30,396 nt of DNA from Eledone cirrhosa (GCA_964016885.1 CAXHJY010000288.1:1-30396); one strand, 5' to 3'; positions 1-11,307 are shown, counted from the first letter of the stretch. Notes: generated from the letters alone by a model not told the origin. Numbers and translations are program-made.

Positions 1-335
1 GGCACCAAATTTTCGCCCAACTATGGTTTAAAATTTGCAAAAGTTCAATTAGAATAGATTTGGTTAGATGTTTGAGAAGGTCTGGCGCTATTTCATCTGG
101 ACCTGCTGTTTTACGTGCTTTGATCTTTTTAATTGCAGCGTTGAGTTCATCCAGGGTGAAATCGGCTTCTATCCTTTGCCTGGGGGCAAGGAGCAGGTCT
201 TTCATTTCTCTTTTCAATAGTCTTCCTGTCCTTCTTGATTCTTTGTCGCTCTTTCTTCCACTTATAGTGGCATACTCTCGTACAAAAGCTGCATCCTTCC
301 CCCGGTCGCTGGCGTAGACAGTACCTTGTTGTTAC
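1..335 (-). mobile_element. Non-LTR retrotransposon (LINE) ORF2 fragment, region just N-terminal of the RT domain; runs off the window edge
   Basis: Manual minus-strand translation gives ...KDAAFVREYATISG...EADFTLDELNAAIKKIKARKTAGPDEIAPDLLKHLTKSILIELLQILNHSWAKIWC. This matches the F(T)xxEL...K.xGPD.I...L..L..L.N..W motif of APE-type LINEs. Stop codons lie upstream. Confidence 0.8.
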
Positions 336-375
336 TATTGGGTCACCGTTGTTTCCGACGGTTGATTCAATCATA

Positions 376-655
376 AGAATATCTGCTACTAGAATTAATG
401 TGGATGAGTATTACACAGACCGCACACACATGCACACTTAACGTAGTTCTCAGGGAGATTCAGTGTAACACAAGATGTGACGAAGCTAAACCCTTGAATT
501 GCAGGTATAAATCCTTTTATTTCACGTTATTTCAATCCATTCAGCAGATAAAAAATGTCTTGCTGGCGGACACAATCCACCTATGGGTCTGGAAATGGAA
601 GCCATCACCTTACGACCGTGAGCCCACCATATTAACCAGTACACCACGTATATTC
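376..655 (-). mobile_element. Diverged tRNA-derived SINE (same family as 29387-29642) with an internal micro-inversion
   Basis: The minus strand has an A-box-like TGGTGTACTGG head and ...AGCAAGACA. Segment 515-555 matches 29491-29531 but in the opposite orientation to the rest of the element. Confidence 0.55.
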
Positions 656-830
656 ACCATCAACTAACACCAACATTACTTCTCTCTAAAGATAGTGAGT
701 CATGAAAAGCTGAATTATTTTGTTTTTATTTAGTTTTTAGAATAAGAAACCTAATTTACTTCCTTGTTACACTGATTAAATACTAAAGCAGAGAAGTCAA
801 ATAGCTTAACAATACATCTCTGGATGATAC

Positions 831-1058
<228 letters not shown>

Positions 1059-1665
1059 CAGGTCACCAGTTGGTGGTACTGGTAACATGTATCCCAGTAC
1101 AACCTGTCTCATGGTTGGGTCGTTGGCGACTAATCTGGCAACCCCACCAAGGTTTCTTGGTGAGGAGGGTGACTTTGGACATCCTGCAGGACTAAAAACA
1201 AAACCTGTCAAAGGGCAAAGGAGCTCTTAAGAGTCAATGGCCATCCAAAATCACCGGGAGAGATGACCCCTTAGCCTTTGTCAAGGCAGAATTCTAGGAG
1301 AAGGAAAACTCTGATATAACACCTGCAACCCTGATGGTATTCAATGATGTTGACTTGTTCTTCTTTTTGGTAAATATCATCTTGGTTAAGAGAGCGGGAC
1401 TGGCTTTGTGCAGTGCCTTTGCTCACTATAAAAACTTCACGGCACAGGCATTGCTTTATATCTGGAGATCTCTCTACACTTGTCGTCACAGGGTACCATG
1501 GGCCCAGCACTATGTGTCAATAATTGTCACAAGTGTAGTGTTTGTACCAGAGTTTTCAAGTCGCTGGCTGGACTAAAAAGTCACACTCGTTCAGTGCATC
1601 GGTAGGCGTTCTCCTACATGGATATAAAGTAGTGGCCGTACTCGAAAACGAGTTGGCAGACACCA
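1059..1665 (+). mobile_element. Non-autonomous, internally deleted RTE-type LINE derivative (5'UTR-like part fused to the ORF2 C-terminal zinc finger and 3'UTR)
   Basis: CTAGGAGAAGGAAAACTCTGA (1294-1314) resembles RTE 5' regions. 1498-1605 encodes ...[25 protein letters not shown], a C2H2-like finger of the kind that ends RTE ORF2. The element is embedded in microsatellite. Confidence 0.6.
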
Positions 1666-1701
1666 TATATATGAATGCATATATATGTGTATGTATATAT
1701 A

Positions 1702-1764
<63 letters not shown>

Positions 1765-1840
1765 ATATTCACACAAATATACACATATATATATATATAT
1801 GTGTGTGTGTGTATTCACACAAATATACATACATACATAC
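1666..1840. repeat. Compound (TA)n/(TG)n microsatellite with repeated GTATTCACACAAATATAC motif
   Basis: Directly visible; the same motif occurs near 953. Confidence 0.9.
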
Positions 1841-2155
1841 AAAATATTTGGATGCTATCCCACAAACGCTTATCATAATAAAAAAAATAGATAAAAAAAC
1901 TTTCTGGTTAATATAAAGAAGCGTCTGTCTATTCAGAGAAGATCGGAGTAATAACTAAAGAACACGTGATGGCAAGAGGGGAGATAACTATAAGCTAACG
2001 TAGGTCACGGAATTATCAAGGTAAATTACAGTGGATGCTTGACTTGACTGATGACCTGTACTAGTTCTACAAATAAAAGCCAGAGAAGATGAATCTATTA
2101 AATAACCTGGGAAGTCCCCCACCACCAACTATATACATTTCAATAAGTGTATATA

Positions 2156-2287
2156 TAGTACATATACATAGTACAGTATATATAGTACAGTATACATAGT
2201 ACAGTATATATAGTACAGTATATAGTACAGTATACATAATACAGTATACATAGCACAGTATACATAGTACAGTATATATAGTACAGT
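2156..2287. repeat. Minisatellite with a 12-16 bp unit TAGTACAGTATA(CA/TA)
   Basis: About 9 tandem copies visible. Confidence 0.9.
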
Positions 2288-3092
2288 GGACTCTATGAGA
2301 GGAGGTTATTTAAGCTTACACGAAAGAAATAAACTATAAGAAAATATCTGCTGTTGTAGCTCTGAGAGTTTTACCAGTGTTTACTGGTAACAAATAAATA
2401 TACGATGCTTAACATCGTACATTATATGAAAAAATATTCTAGTAGCTTTTTATTAAATTTCATGAAAAATAGTTTAACGATATGGGCATATAAGCCCCTG
2501 GAGACAAATCAAATGTGTACTGCGTCGAGCCAAACTTGTTAAACTATTTTTTTCATAGTCAAAAACCTACATTGAAGCTTCTAAATTTCACGTCAATTCA
2601 ATAAAATTCATTCCCATTCAACGGTTCTAAGACTAGATCGTGTGATGTTGTTTAAGATGGTAGAGTGTAGTTACAAGATCGTATAACAGTCATCTGATAA
2701 ATACTAATAAATAAGTAAATAAGTATTGATGTTCTCTCTCTTTCACTCACTGCCTCCATTTCTCCCACTCTCCCCATCTCTCAATATTATAAGCAAATGG
2801 GGGCCCACGTGCTGGTTGCGGGGCGACCCCGGCAGACAGAATAGAGAAGGCGTTTCCACGGCGGATGGAAGAGCCATTACAGCTCACGAGACTCCCACAT
2901 GCGGATAGTCAACTCCATTTTCATGACTTAATATATTAAATAAATGTAAATAATATTAATGCCCACTTACGCTGTTCCAACTTTCAGAAGCAAACAACAA
3001 ATGTAATAAATAATAGCATCAGTGAAGACATTTAGTAGATTCAGCTTTCGAGAAATGACGACAGAAAAGAAACAAGACTGAAACAATAATCG

Positions 3093-3150
3093 TCTCTACT
3101 TTTGGTACAAGGCCAGCAATTTGAAGGGAAGAGGAATGTCGATTAAATCT
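3093..3150 (-). mobile_element. 3' tail fragment of the abundant SINE family
   Basis: TCTACTTTTGGTACAAGGCCAGCAATTTGAAGGGAAG...GTCGATTAAATC matches 19529-19583. Confidence 0.75.
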
Positions 3151-3168
3151 ATATGTTTATATATATAT

Positions 3169-3291
3169 ATAGGAAAAAGTATGACCCCGACGGCAGAGCT
3201 CAAGTCGTTTCGACGACTATTTCTGGACATAAATAGCCGTCGAAACGGCGGGGGTCATACTTTTAGCCGTCGGCGTCATACTTTTTCCTAT
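3169..3291. mobile_element. MITE-like element with 26-bp terminal inverted repeats
   Basis: ATAGGAAAAAGTATGACCCCGACGGC (3169-3194) versus the reverse complement of 3266-3291 is 25/26 identical. There is an additional internal hairpin. Confidence 0.65.
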
Positions 3292-3709
3292 TTCCCACTC
3301 TACTACTCTAAGTATTGAGTACTCTGGTGCGTTATGGCCCATCTGGTTCCTTACCACAATTCCTTTGGTATATATATATATATATATATATATGCTTGAA
3401 TTCGATCATTCTAATTCATATGCCACCAGTTCTTTGAGCAAACAACACCACACTTGGTGGAACTGGGCATATCAACGACATAACGGAGGCAAACTGTGTT
3501 CCACCATTATGTTTTCCTGTTTTTTCTGTTCAAGTCCTAGCTGCCTCATGAGGTTATAGCTGTTGAATAATGGTATATATATATATATATATATATACCA
3601 TTATACGGCCGACTAAACTCACTCGATATGCAAATTAGGCTGATCAGCCGTTAATATGCATAAGGAAAGTATATACTTTCAGACGTTCAACCATCTGTCA
3701 GGAAGGTAT

Positions 3710-3752
3710 ACGATGCTGACGATAGCTAATACGCTTGAAACTAGTACATCGT
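3710..3752 (+). ncRNA. Type I hammerhead ribozyme motif
   Basis: Stem I ACGAUG/CAUCGU, core CUGACGA (3716-3722), stem II U-AGC uaauac GCU-U, then GAAAC UA GUA^ with a palindromic stem III. Confidence 0.8.
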
Positions 3753-3968
3753 TTCTGTGTCAGTGTTGAACAAAAAGGTGACGTGGTTGCCTAAACACTG
3801 TACGGCGTAATTCGGGCTGTTTGTTTACAAACAAACCGAGCATTATAATAAATGTTCGGTAAACCGATACGTGCATATATATATGTGTGCATGTATGTAT
3901 ATATATACATACTACTGTACGTCTGTATACATATATGTATGTATGTATACATATATAGATACTTACAT

Positions 3969-4041
<73 letters not shown>

Positions 4042-4097
4042 CATACATACTACTGTACGTCTGTATACATATATGTATGTATACATACATAAATACT

Positions 4098-4137
<40 letters not shown>

Positions 4138-4190
4138 TATAGATATATAGATAAATATACACGGGTGTGTATGATTGTGTATAGAAGATT

Positions 4191-4573
4191 ATATTAATAA
4201 GAGGAATTCCAACTTTGTCTGATTTACTCGTTTTATTTACAATCCTTTAAAATTTATAATGGTATTATAATGAAATAGTATGATAGAATATTAAATTCTA
4301 AGTGTTAATTCAACAAGTACGTTCATGCTTTCGCAATCTTCAGGTTCATAATGTGTGGTGACAGTCAAGTTTGCAATTTTCAACAGTTGAAAATTGCAAA
4401 CTTGACTGTCACCACATATTATGAACCTTAAGATTGCGCAAGCATGAAAGTACTTGTTGAATTAACACTTAGAATTTAATATTCTATCATACTATTTCAT
4501 TATAATACCATTACAAAATTTTAAAGGATTGTAAATAAAACGAGTAAATCAGACAAAGTTGGAATTCCTCTTA

Positions 4574-4580
<7 letters not shown>
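4191..4580. repeat. Long near-perfect palindrome (about 194-bp arms, 1-nt centre at 4385), each arm with a degenerate HHR
   Basis: The arms are reverse complements with a few mismatches. HHR consensus AAC CUGAAGA UUGC gaaa GCAU GAAA GUAC UU^ GUU at 4312-4346 (-) and 4424-4458 (+). Confidence 0.92.
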
Positions 4581-4612
<32 letters not shown>

Positions 4613-4615
<3 letters not shown>

Positions 4616-4763
4616 TAGTTCCACAACAGTTCACCATACCAAGAACAAATTTTTCACCTTATGCGAATCCTCAGCTCGGTCTGAGCTGAAGACCAAGCTG
4701 AAGATCCGCATAAGGTGAAACATTTGTTCTCGGTATGGTGAACTAACTGTTGCAGAACTACTT
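4613..4763. repeat. Imperfect palindrome made of two inverted HHR copies
   Basis: The arms are reverse complements around about 4683-4689. Confidence 0.85.
4692..4734 (+). ncRNA. Type I hammerhead ribozyme motif (inverted copy at 4638-4680, minus strand)
   Basis: ACCAAG CUGAAGA UCC gcauaa GGU GAAAC AUUU GUU^ CUCGGU. The mirrored copy reads ACCGAG CUGAGGA...GAAAA...GUU CUUGGU. Confidence 0.72.
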
Positions 4764-4901
4764 CTACCAAACTCATGCCATGGACTGAATGCTCTATTAC
4801 TACGGATATAACCCTCCATGGTTCTACTATTATATATATATATATATATATATATAGTAATATATATATATATATATAGTAATATATATATATATATATA
4901 G

Positions 4902-4944
<43 letters not shown>

Positions 4945-5180
4945 AATACAGTTTATATACATAATTATTTATGGATACATACAGACTGTGCCACATGTAA
5001 ACACACACACGTATATATATATATATATATTTAGTACATGTTGGTTGTTTATCGACACCTATGTATGCAGATTGGAGCACTCAACGAAGTACACAGGTTG
5101 GTTTATTTACTCCAGAGTAATGTAAAATAATTAAGTCAAATATGTAAAATGTGGCTTCGTTTATTAAATGTTAGAGATAT

Positions 5181-5235
5181 ACTGCTATATATATTTCGGT
5201 GACAGCCATCATTGGCTGTGACCTCTTCAGGCAAT
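5181..5235 (-). ncRNA. Type I hammerhead ribozyme motif with long stem II
   Basis: The minus strand reads AUUGC CUGAAGA GGU c ACAGCCA auga UGGCUGU c ACC GAAA UAUAUA UA^ GCAGU. Confidence 0.8.
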
Positions 5236-5296
5236 CCGAATTGGTGTGGGAAAGACAGGTACACATGTTGTTGAAGTGTGTTTTACTCCGTCAATA

Positions 5297-5334
<38 letters not shown>

Positions 5335-5337
<3 letters not shown>

Positions 5338-5523
5338 GTTTCTACTATTGGCACAAGGCCAGAAATTATCCAGTACATTACTGGTACTTTATTTTATCGA
5401 CCCCGTAAGGATGAAAGGCAAAGTTAACCTCGGCAGGATTTGAACTCAGAATGGCAAGGGCCGTAACTCTATGCGTCAAAGCATTGCGTCCAACCCTCTA
5501 CCGATACTGCCAATCCACCGCCC
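5335..5523 (-). mobile_element. tRNA-derived SINE (MetaSINE-like core), near full length
   Basis: The minus strand has an A-box-like TGGCAGTATCGG, B box GAGTTCAAATCC and core CTTTGCCTTTCATCCTTACGGGGTCGATAAAATAAAGTACCAG. More than 10 copies or fragments occur in the window. Confidence 0.88.
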
Positions 5524-5589
5524 ATATATATATATAATATATAACAGATTGACTCGCCTCAATCTGTTATATATATATATACCTTAGTT

Positions 5590-5638
<49 letters not shown>

Positions 5639-5663
5639 TTGTATGGTATGTAATTAACCTTTA

Positions 5664-5709
5664 TGCTCTGATGAGTCCCACTTATAGTGCGGATGAAACA
5701 ATGTTAGCA
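5664..5709 (+). ncRNA. Type I hammerhead ribozyme motif
   Basis: UGCU CUGAUGA GUCC CACU uau AGUG c GGAU GAAAC AAU GUU^ AGCA. Stem I is extended by CUUUA/UAAAG. It lies in an approximately 210-bp island inside (TA)n. Confidence 0.8.
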
Positions 5710-5843
5710 AGTAAAGATATGCATATGCTATAGGCGTTCTTTGTTATTTATTATATCACGGCTCTGTCCTCAGACATCGAGCTAACCTTATACTGCCTGC
5801 TGGATAAGTGGAGTGTTATACACCCCTGATCCTCTCCCTAGTA

Positions 5844-5901
<58 letters not shown>

Positions 5902-5983
5902 GTTATTCCGGGTTGAATCGGAGGTAACCACAGTAAGTAAGGTACTCAATACATAGCAGAGTATAAAAGTTTTAATATAGATG

Positions 5984-6034
5984 AGATTCTACAGGACTAG
6001 AACTGTTTCATTCATTAGAAATCATCAGGAATCT
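5984..6034 (-). ncRNA. Type I hammerhead ribozyme motif within a dispersed repeat (relatives at 24620-24965 and 26474-26602)
   Basis: The minus strand reads AGAUUC CUGAUGA UUUC uaau GAAU GAAACAG uucuaguc CUGUA^ GAAUCU. Confidence 0.82.
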
Positions 6035-6109
6035 GGGTATCAAAAAATAAAAATGGTATTTATAGGTCTCTACAAGTGGTAGGAGAGGGTGGGGAGTGGG
6101 ATGGGTGTA

Positions 6110-6457
6110 GGTCATTGGTTGATAGAAAAGGGAATTCATTAAAAGCTAATTCTACAAAGCTATAGTTTATTTTTATTTATTTATGTTTTTAGAGTAACAA
6201 GGGCAGACAGAATTCTATAAACAGGTTCCGGATGGCATACCATACTTTGTCATTAAGTTTCTCTTAAGCTAACAGATGTCTATAAAATCAGTGGGGGGTC
6301 AGTCATGGTCGATAGAATTAAAGAAAAGGGAGATTCTTCAAATGCTAAAATCATTAAGGTTCTACCAAGTGACAAAGGTCTAGAGAATTCTGTAGACAGA
6401 TTCAAAATACTGAGTGCATATCTTACAATTATCTTCGAACTTCTCTTAAACTAATCA
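6110..6457. repeat. Old diverged tandem duplication (about 190-bp period)
   Basis: Collinear blocks GTCAT(T)GGT.GATAGAA, GAAAAGGGA, GAATTCT.TA.ACAG.TTC and TTCTCTTAA.CTAA each occur twice. Confidence 0.5.
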
Positions 6458-6479
6458 ACTATATGCCAAAAATCAACAG

Positions 6480-6615
6480 ACACATTCACAAAAAAACATA
6501 CTCACTCACACACTTACGCGCAACCATAAACACACACACAAACACATATACACACATAAAAACACACACATATATAAAAATATATTCATATACATACATA
6601 TACATACACACATAC

Positions 6616-6709
<94 letters not shown>

Positions 6710-7033
6710 ATATACACACACATATATATATATACACACATACACACACACATACACATATACACACACACATATATACACATATAAATACACTCACACA
6801 CATACATACAAACACAAATATACATGTGTATACATATACACACAAATACACACACACGTATACATATATATACATATATATACACATACATACATACACA
6901 CACATATACATATATATATATATATAAAAGAACACATACACACACAAATATACATATTCACACACATACACACAAACACACACACACATATATATACACA
7001 TACACATATACATATATTCATATATATAACCAT

Positions 7034-7064
<31 letters not shown>

Positions 7065-7193
7065 TACACATAAACAAATATATACACATACAAACACACA
7101 CACATACAAACACACATACAAACATACATATACACATATATATATATAAAAACATACATACATACATATATACACATATGTATATATATATAT

Positions 7194-7280
<87 letters not shown>

Positions 7281-7368
7281 CATATATATATACATACATA
7301 AACATACATACATACATATACACATATACACACACATACCCAAACACATATATACACATACACACACG

Positions 7369-7412
<44 letters not shown>

Positions 7413-7513
7413 CATATACACACACATATATATATACACGCACACACATATACACATATATATACACTCACACACACACACACATACACATGCATATGTA
7501 TAAATATTTATGT

Positions 7514-7544
<31 letters not shown>

Positions 7545-7659
7545 CATATATATATCCATATATATACAAACATACACATACATACACAGACCTATACATA
7601 AATATACACATATATATATATATATATACAGACATATAACGCATATATACACACATGTG

Positions 7660-7695
<36 letters not shown>

Positions 7696-7866
7696 CACAC
7701 GCATACACACATACACACACACACACACAAATATATATACACACTCTCTCTCACGCACATATATATATATATATATATACACATACACATATACACACAC
7801 ACACACACAAATATATATACACACTCTCTCTCACGCACATATATATATATATATATACACATACAC

Positions 7867-7915
<49 letters not shown>

Positions 7916-7928
7916 TATATACACATAT

Positions 7929-7979
<51 letters not shown>

Positions 7980-8071
7980 CATACACATATACACATACAT
8001 ATACATACATACATACACATACATACACACACACACACATATATATATATATACACACCTGCCCACACGAC

Positions 8072-8128
<57 letters not shown>

Positions 8129-8444
8129 ATATGTGTATGTATATATATGTATATATACATACACGTACATACATACATACATACATACACATACATACAC
8201 ATATATATATACACAGTTTAGGTATGATACATTTTATTACTAATTATATCTAAATGTTTCTTCTCCCTTCATAATGTATTTTTAACTCTGATACTGGTGC
8301 AGTCTGGTTCAAACTGAATTGGTCTGTCCCAGTCATTCATTGAGCAACATCGGTGAAGTTGGCACCCTTAACTCACAGTTGGGTGCGGATGCATTCATGT
8401 ATATATGTGTGTGTCCGCATGCATCTGTGTGTTTCTTAATATAA

Positions 8445-8481
<37 letters not shown>

Positions 8482-8490
8482 TACACACAT

Positions 8491-8571
<81 letters not shown>

Positions 8572-8682
8572 CATATACATATATATAACCACAAACATAT
8601 ATACATAAACATACATACATACATACATACACGTACATACATACATACATACATACATACACATACATACACATATATATAT

Positions 8683-8733
<51 letters not shown>

Positions 8734-8801
8734 CATATATACATACATATACATACATAAATATACACACATAAAACACATATACATACAAACATATATA
8801 T
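6480..8801. repeat. Very long compound (TA)/(CA)/(TACA) low-complexity array, interrupted by unique sequence at about 8215-8440
   Basis: Directly visible; it is the source of the spurious long YI/CV ORFs. Confidence 0.97.
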
Positions 8802-9096
8802 ATAAAAACAAATAACGAAACGAAATTAAATTTCGTTTCGTTTGTAACTCACTTTTGTATGACTGACGCTTAAACAATTAAGTTAAAAATGTACATCCAC
8901 ATATGTATACTGAAATACTAGTATGCATATGAATACACACACGTATACATATGTAGATGTACCGAGTTTTTCACTGGTCACTTTACTGTGAGTGTCCAGC
9001 TATTCTGTATGTAAACACACAGACAAACCGGTTTTTAGAGTCATACTGGTTTTTTAGGAAACACCTTTCCTCTATTCTCCAGAAAGCCAGACAAGG

Positions 9097-9141
9097 AATA
9101 TTGAACTAGTTTCGATGTTGTTACATCTCATCAGCAATATT
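9097..9141 (-). ncRNA. Type I hammerhead ribozyme, array copy 1
   Basis: Reverse complement of the motif at 9910-9954; TCATCAG at 9128-9134. Confidence 0.88.
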
Positions 9142-9562
9142 TACCTATCTTCCGGCCTCTCTAGAGAATCGTAAAAGCACATATCGTTATATGCTTTTTC
9201 TATCAAAATTAGTAGTGGGCAGACTAATTTGCATAGAGCGTGAGTACGTACCGGTTCAACGGAGACGATAAAAACAAATAACGAAACGAAATTAAATTTC
9301 GTTTCGTTTGTAACTCACTTTTGTATGACTGACGCTTAAACAATTAAGTTAAAAATGTACATCCACATATGTATACTGAAATACTAGTATGCATATGAAT
9401 ACACACACGTATACATATGTAGATGTACCGAGTTTTTCACTGGTCACTTTACTGTGAGTGTCCAGCTATTCTGTATGTAAACACACAGACAAACCGGTTT
9501 TTAGAGTCATACTGGTTTTTTAGGAAACACCTTTCCTCTATTCTCCAGAAAGCCAGACAAGG

Positions 9563-9607
9563 AATATTGAACTAGTTTCGATGTTGTTACATCTCATCAG
9601 CAATATT
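9563..9607 (-). ncRNA. Type I hammerhead ribozyme, array copy 2
   Basis: TCATCAG at 9594-9600. Confidence 0.88.
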
Positions 9608-9909
9608 TACCTATCTTCCGGCCTCTCTAGAGAATCGTAAAAGCACATATCGTTATATGCTTTTTCTATGAAAATTAGTAGTGGGCAGACTAATTTGCAT
9701 AGAGCGTGAGTACGTACCGGTTCAACGGAGACGATAAAAACAAATAACGAAACGAAATTAAATTTCGTTTCGTTTGTTTTTATCGTCTCCGTTGAACCGG
9801 TACGTACTCACGCTCTATGCAAATTAGTCTGCCCACTACTAATTTTCATAGAAAAAGCATATAACGATATGTGCTTTTACGATTCTCTAGAGAGGCCGGA
9901 AGATAGGTA

Positions 9910-9954
9910 AATATTGCTGATGAGATGTAACAACATCGAAACTAGTTCAATATT
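9910..9954 (+). ncRNA. Type I hammerhead ribozyme, array copy 3
   Basis: AAUAUUG CUGAUGA GAUGU aaca ACAUC GAAAC UA GUU^ CAAUAUU, with predicted cleavage after 9947. Stem I extends with bulges from about 9882 to 9977. Confidence 0.9.
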
Positions 9955-10375
9955 CCTTGTCTGGCTTTCTGGAGAATAGAGGAAAGGTGTTTCCTAAAAA
10001 ACCAGTATGACTCTAAAAACCGGTTTGTCTGTGTGTTTACATACAGAATAGCTGGACACTCACAGTAAAGTGACCAGTGAAAAACTCGGTACATCTACAT
10101 ATGTATACGTGTGTGTATTCATATGCATACTAGTATTTCAGTATACATATGTGGATGTACATTTTTAACTTAATTGTTTAAGCGTCAGTCATACAAAAGT
10201 GAGTTACAAACGAAACGAAATTTAATTTCGTTTCGTTATTTGTTTTTATCGTCTCCGTTGAACCGGTACGTACTCACGCTCTATGCAAATTAGTCTGCCC
10301 ACTACTAATTTTCATAGAAAAAGCATATAACGATATGTGCTTTTACGATTCTCTAGAGAGGCCGGAAGATAGGTA

Positions 10376-10420
10376 AATATTGCTGATGAGATGTAACAAC
10401 ATCGAAACTAGTTCAATATT
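10376..10420 (+). ncRNA. Type I hammerhead ribozyme, array copy 4
   Basis: CTGATGA at 10383; identical motif. Confidence 0.88.
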
Positions 10421-10841
10421 CCTTGTCTGGCTTTCTGGAGAATAGAGGAAAGGTGTTTCCTAAAAAACCAGTATGACTCTAAAAACCGGTTTGTCTGTGT
10501 GTTTACATACAGAATAGCTGGACACTCACAGTAAAGTGACCAGTGAAAAACTCGGTACATCTACATATGTATACGTGTGTGTATTCATATGCATACTAGT
10601 ATTTCAGTATACATATGTGGATGTACATTTTTAACTTAATTGTTTAAGCGTCAGTCATACAAAAGTGAGTTACAAACGAAACGAAATTTAATTTCGTTTC
10701 GTTATTTGTTTTTATCGTCTCCGTTGAACCGGTACGTACTCACGCTCTATGCAAATTAGTCTGCCCACTACTAATTTTCATAGAAAAAGCATATAACGAT
10801 ATGTGCTTTTACGATTCTCTAGAGAGGCCGGAAGATAGGTA

Positions 10842-10886
10842 AATATTGCTGATGAGATGTAACAACATCGAAACTAGTTCAATATT
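10842..10886 (+). ncRNA. Type I hammerhead ribozyme, array copy 5
   Basis: CTGATGA at 10849; identical motif. Confidence 0.88.
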
Positions 10887-11307
10887 CCTTGTCTGGTTTT
10901 CTGGAGAATAGAGGAAAGGTGTTTCCTAAAAAACCAGTATGACTCTAAAAACCGGTTTGTCTGTGTGTTTACATACAGAATAGCTGGACACTCACAGTAA
11001 AGTGACCAGTGAAAAACTCGGTACATCTACATATGTATACGTGTGTGTATTCATATGCATACTAGTATTTCAGTATACATATGTGGATGTACATTTTTAA
11101 CTTAATTGTTTAAGCGTCAGTCATACAAAAGTGAGTTACAAACGAAACGAAATTTAATTTCGTTTCGTTATTTGTTTTTATCGTCTCCGTTGAACCGGTA
11201 CGTACTCACGCTCTATGCAAATTAGTCTGCCCACTACTAATTTTCATAGAAAAAGCATATAACGATATGTGCTTTTACGATTCTCTAGAGAGGCCGGAAG
11301 ATAGGTA

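Noticed and set aside
2048-2070. CTGATGA...ACTAGTTC hammerhead-like words
   Set aside because: There is no GAAA core segment and no stem II.
2828-2866. Inverted similarity to 24677-24715
   Set aside because: It is only about 39 bp and is probably two short fragments of a dispersed retroelement 3' end, not a functional pair.
6486-8253. Long ORFs (568, 271, 247 aa and others) and similar YI/CV/HT-repeat ORFs elsewhere
   Set aside because: They are translations of (TA)/(CA) microsatellites, which lack stop codons by composition.
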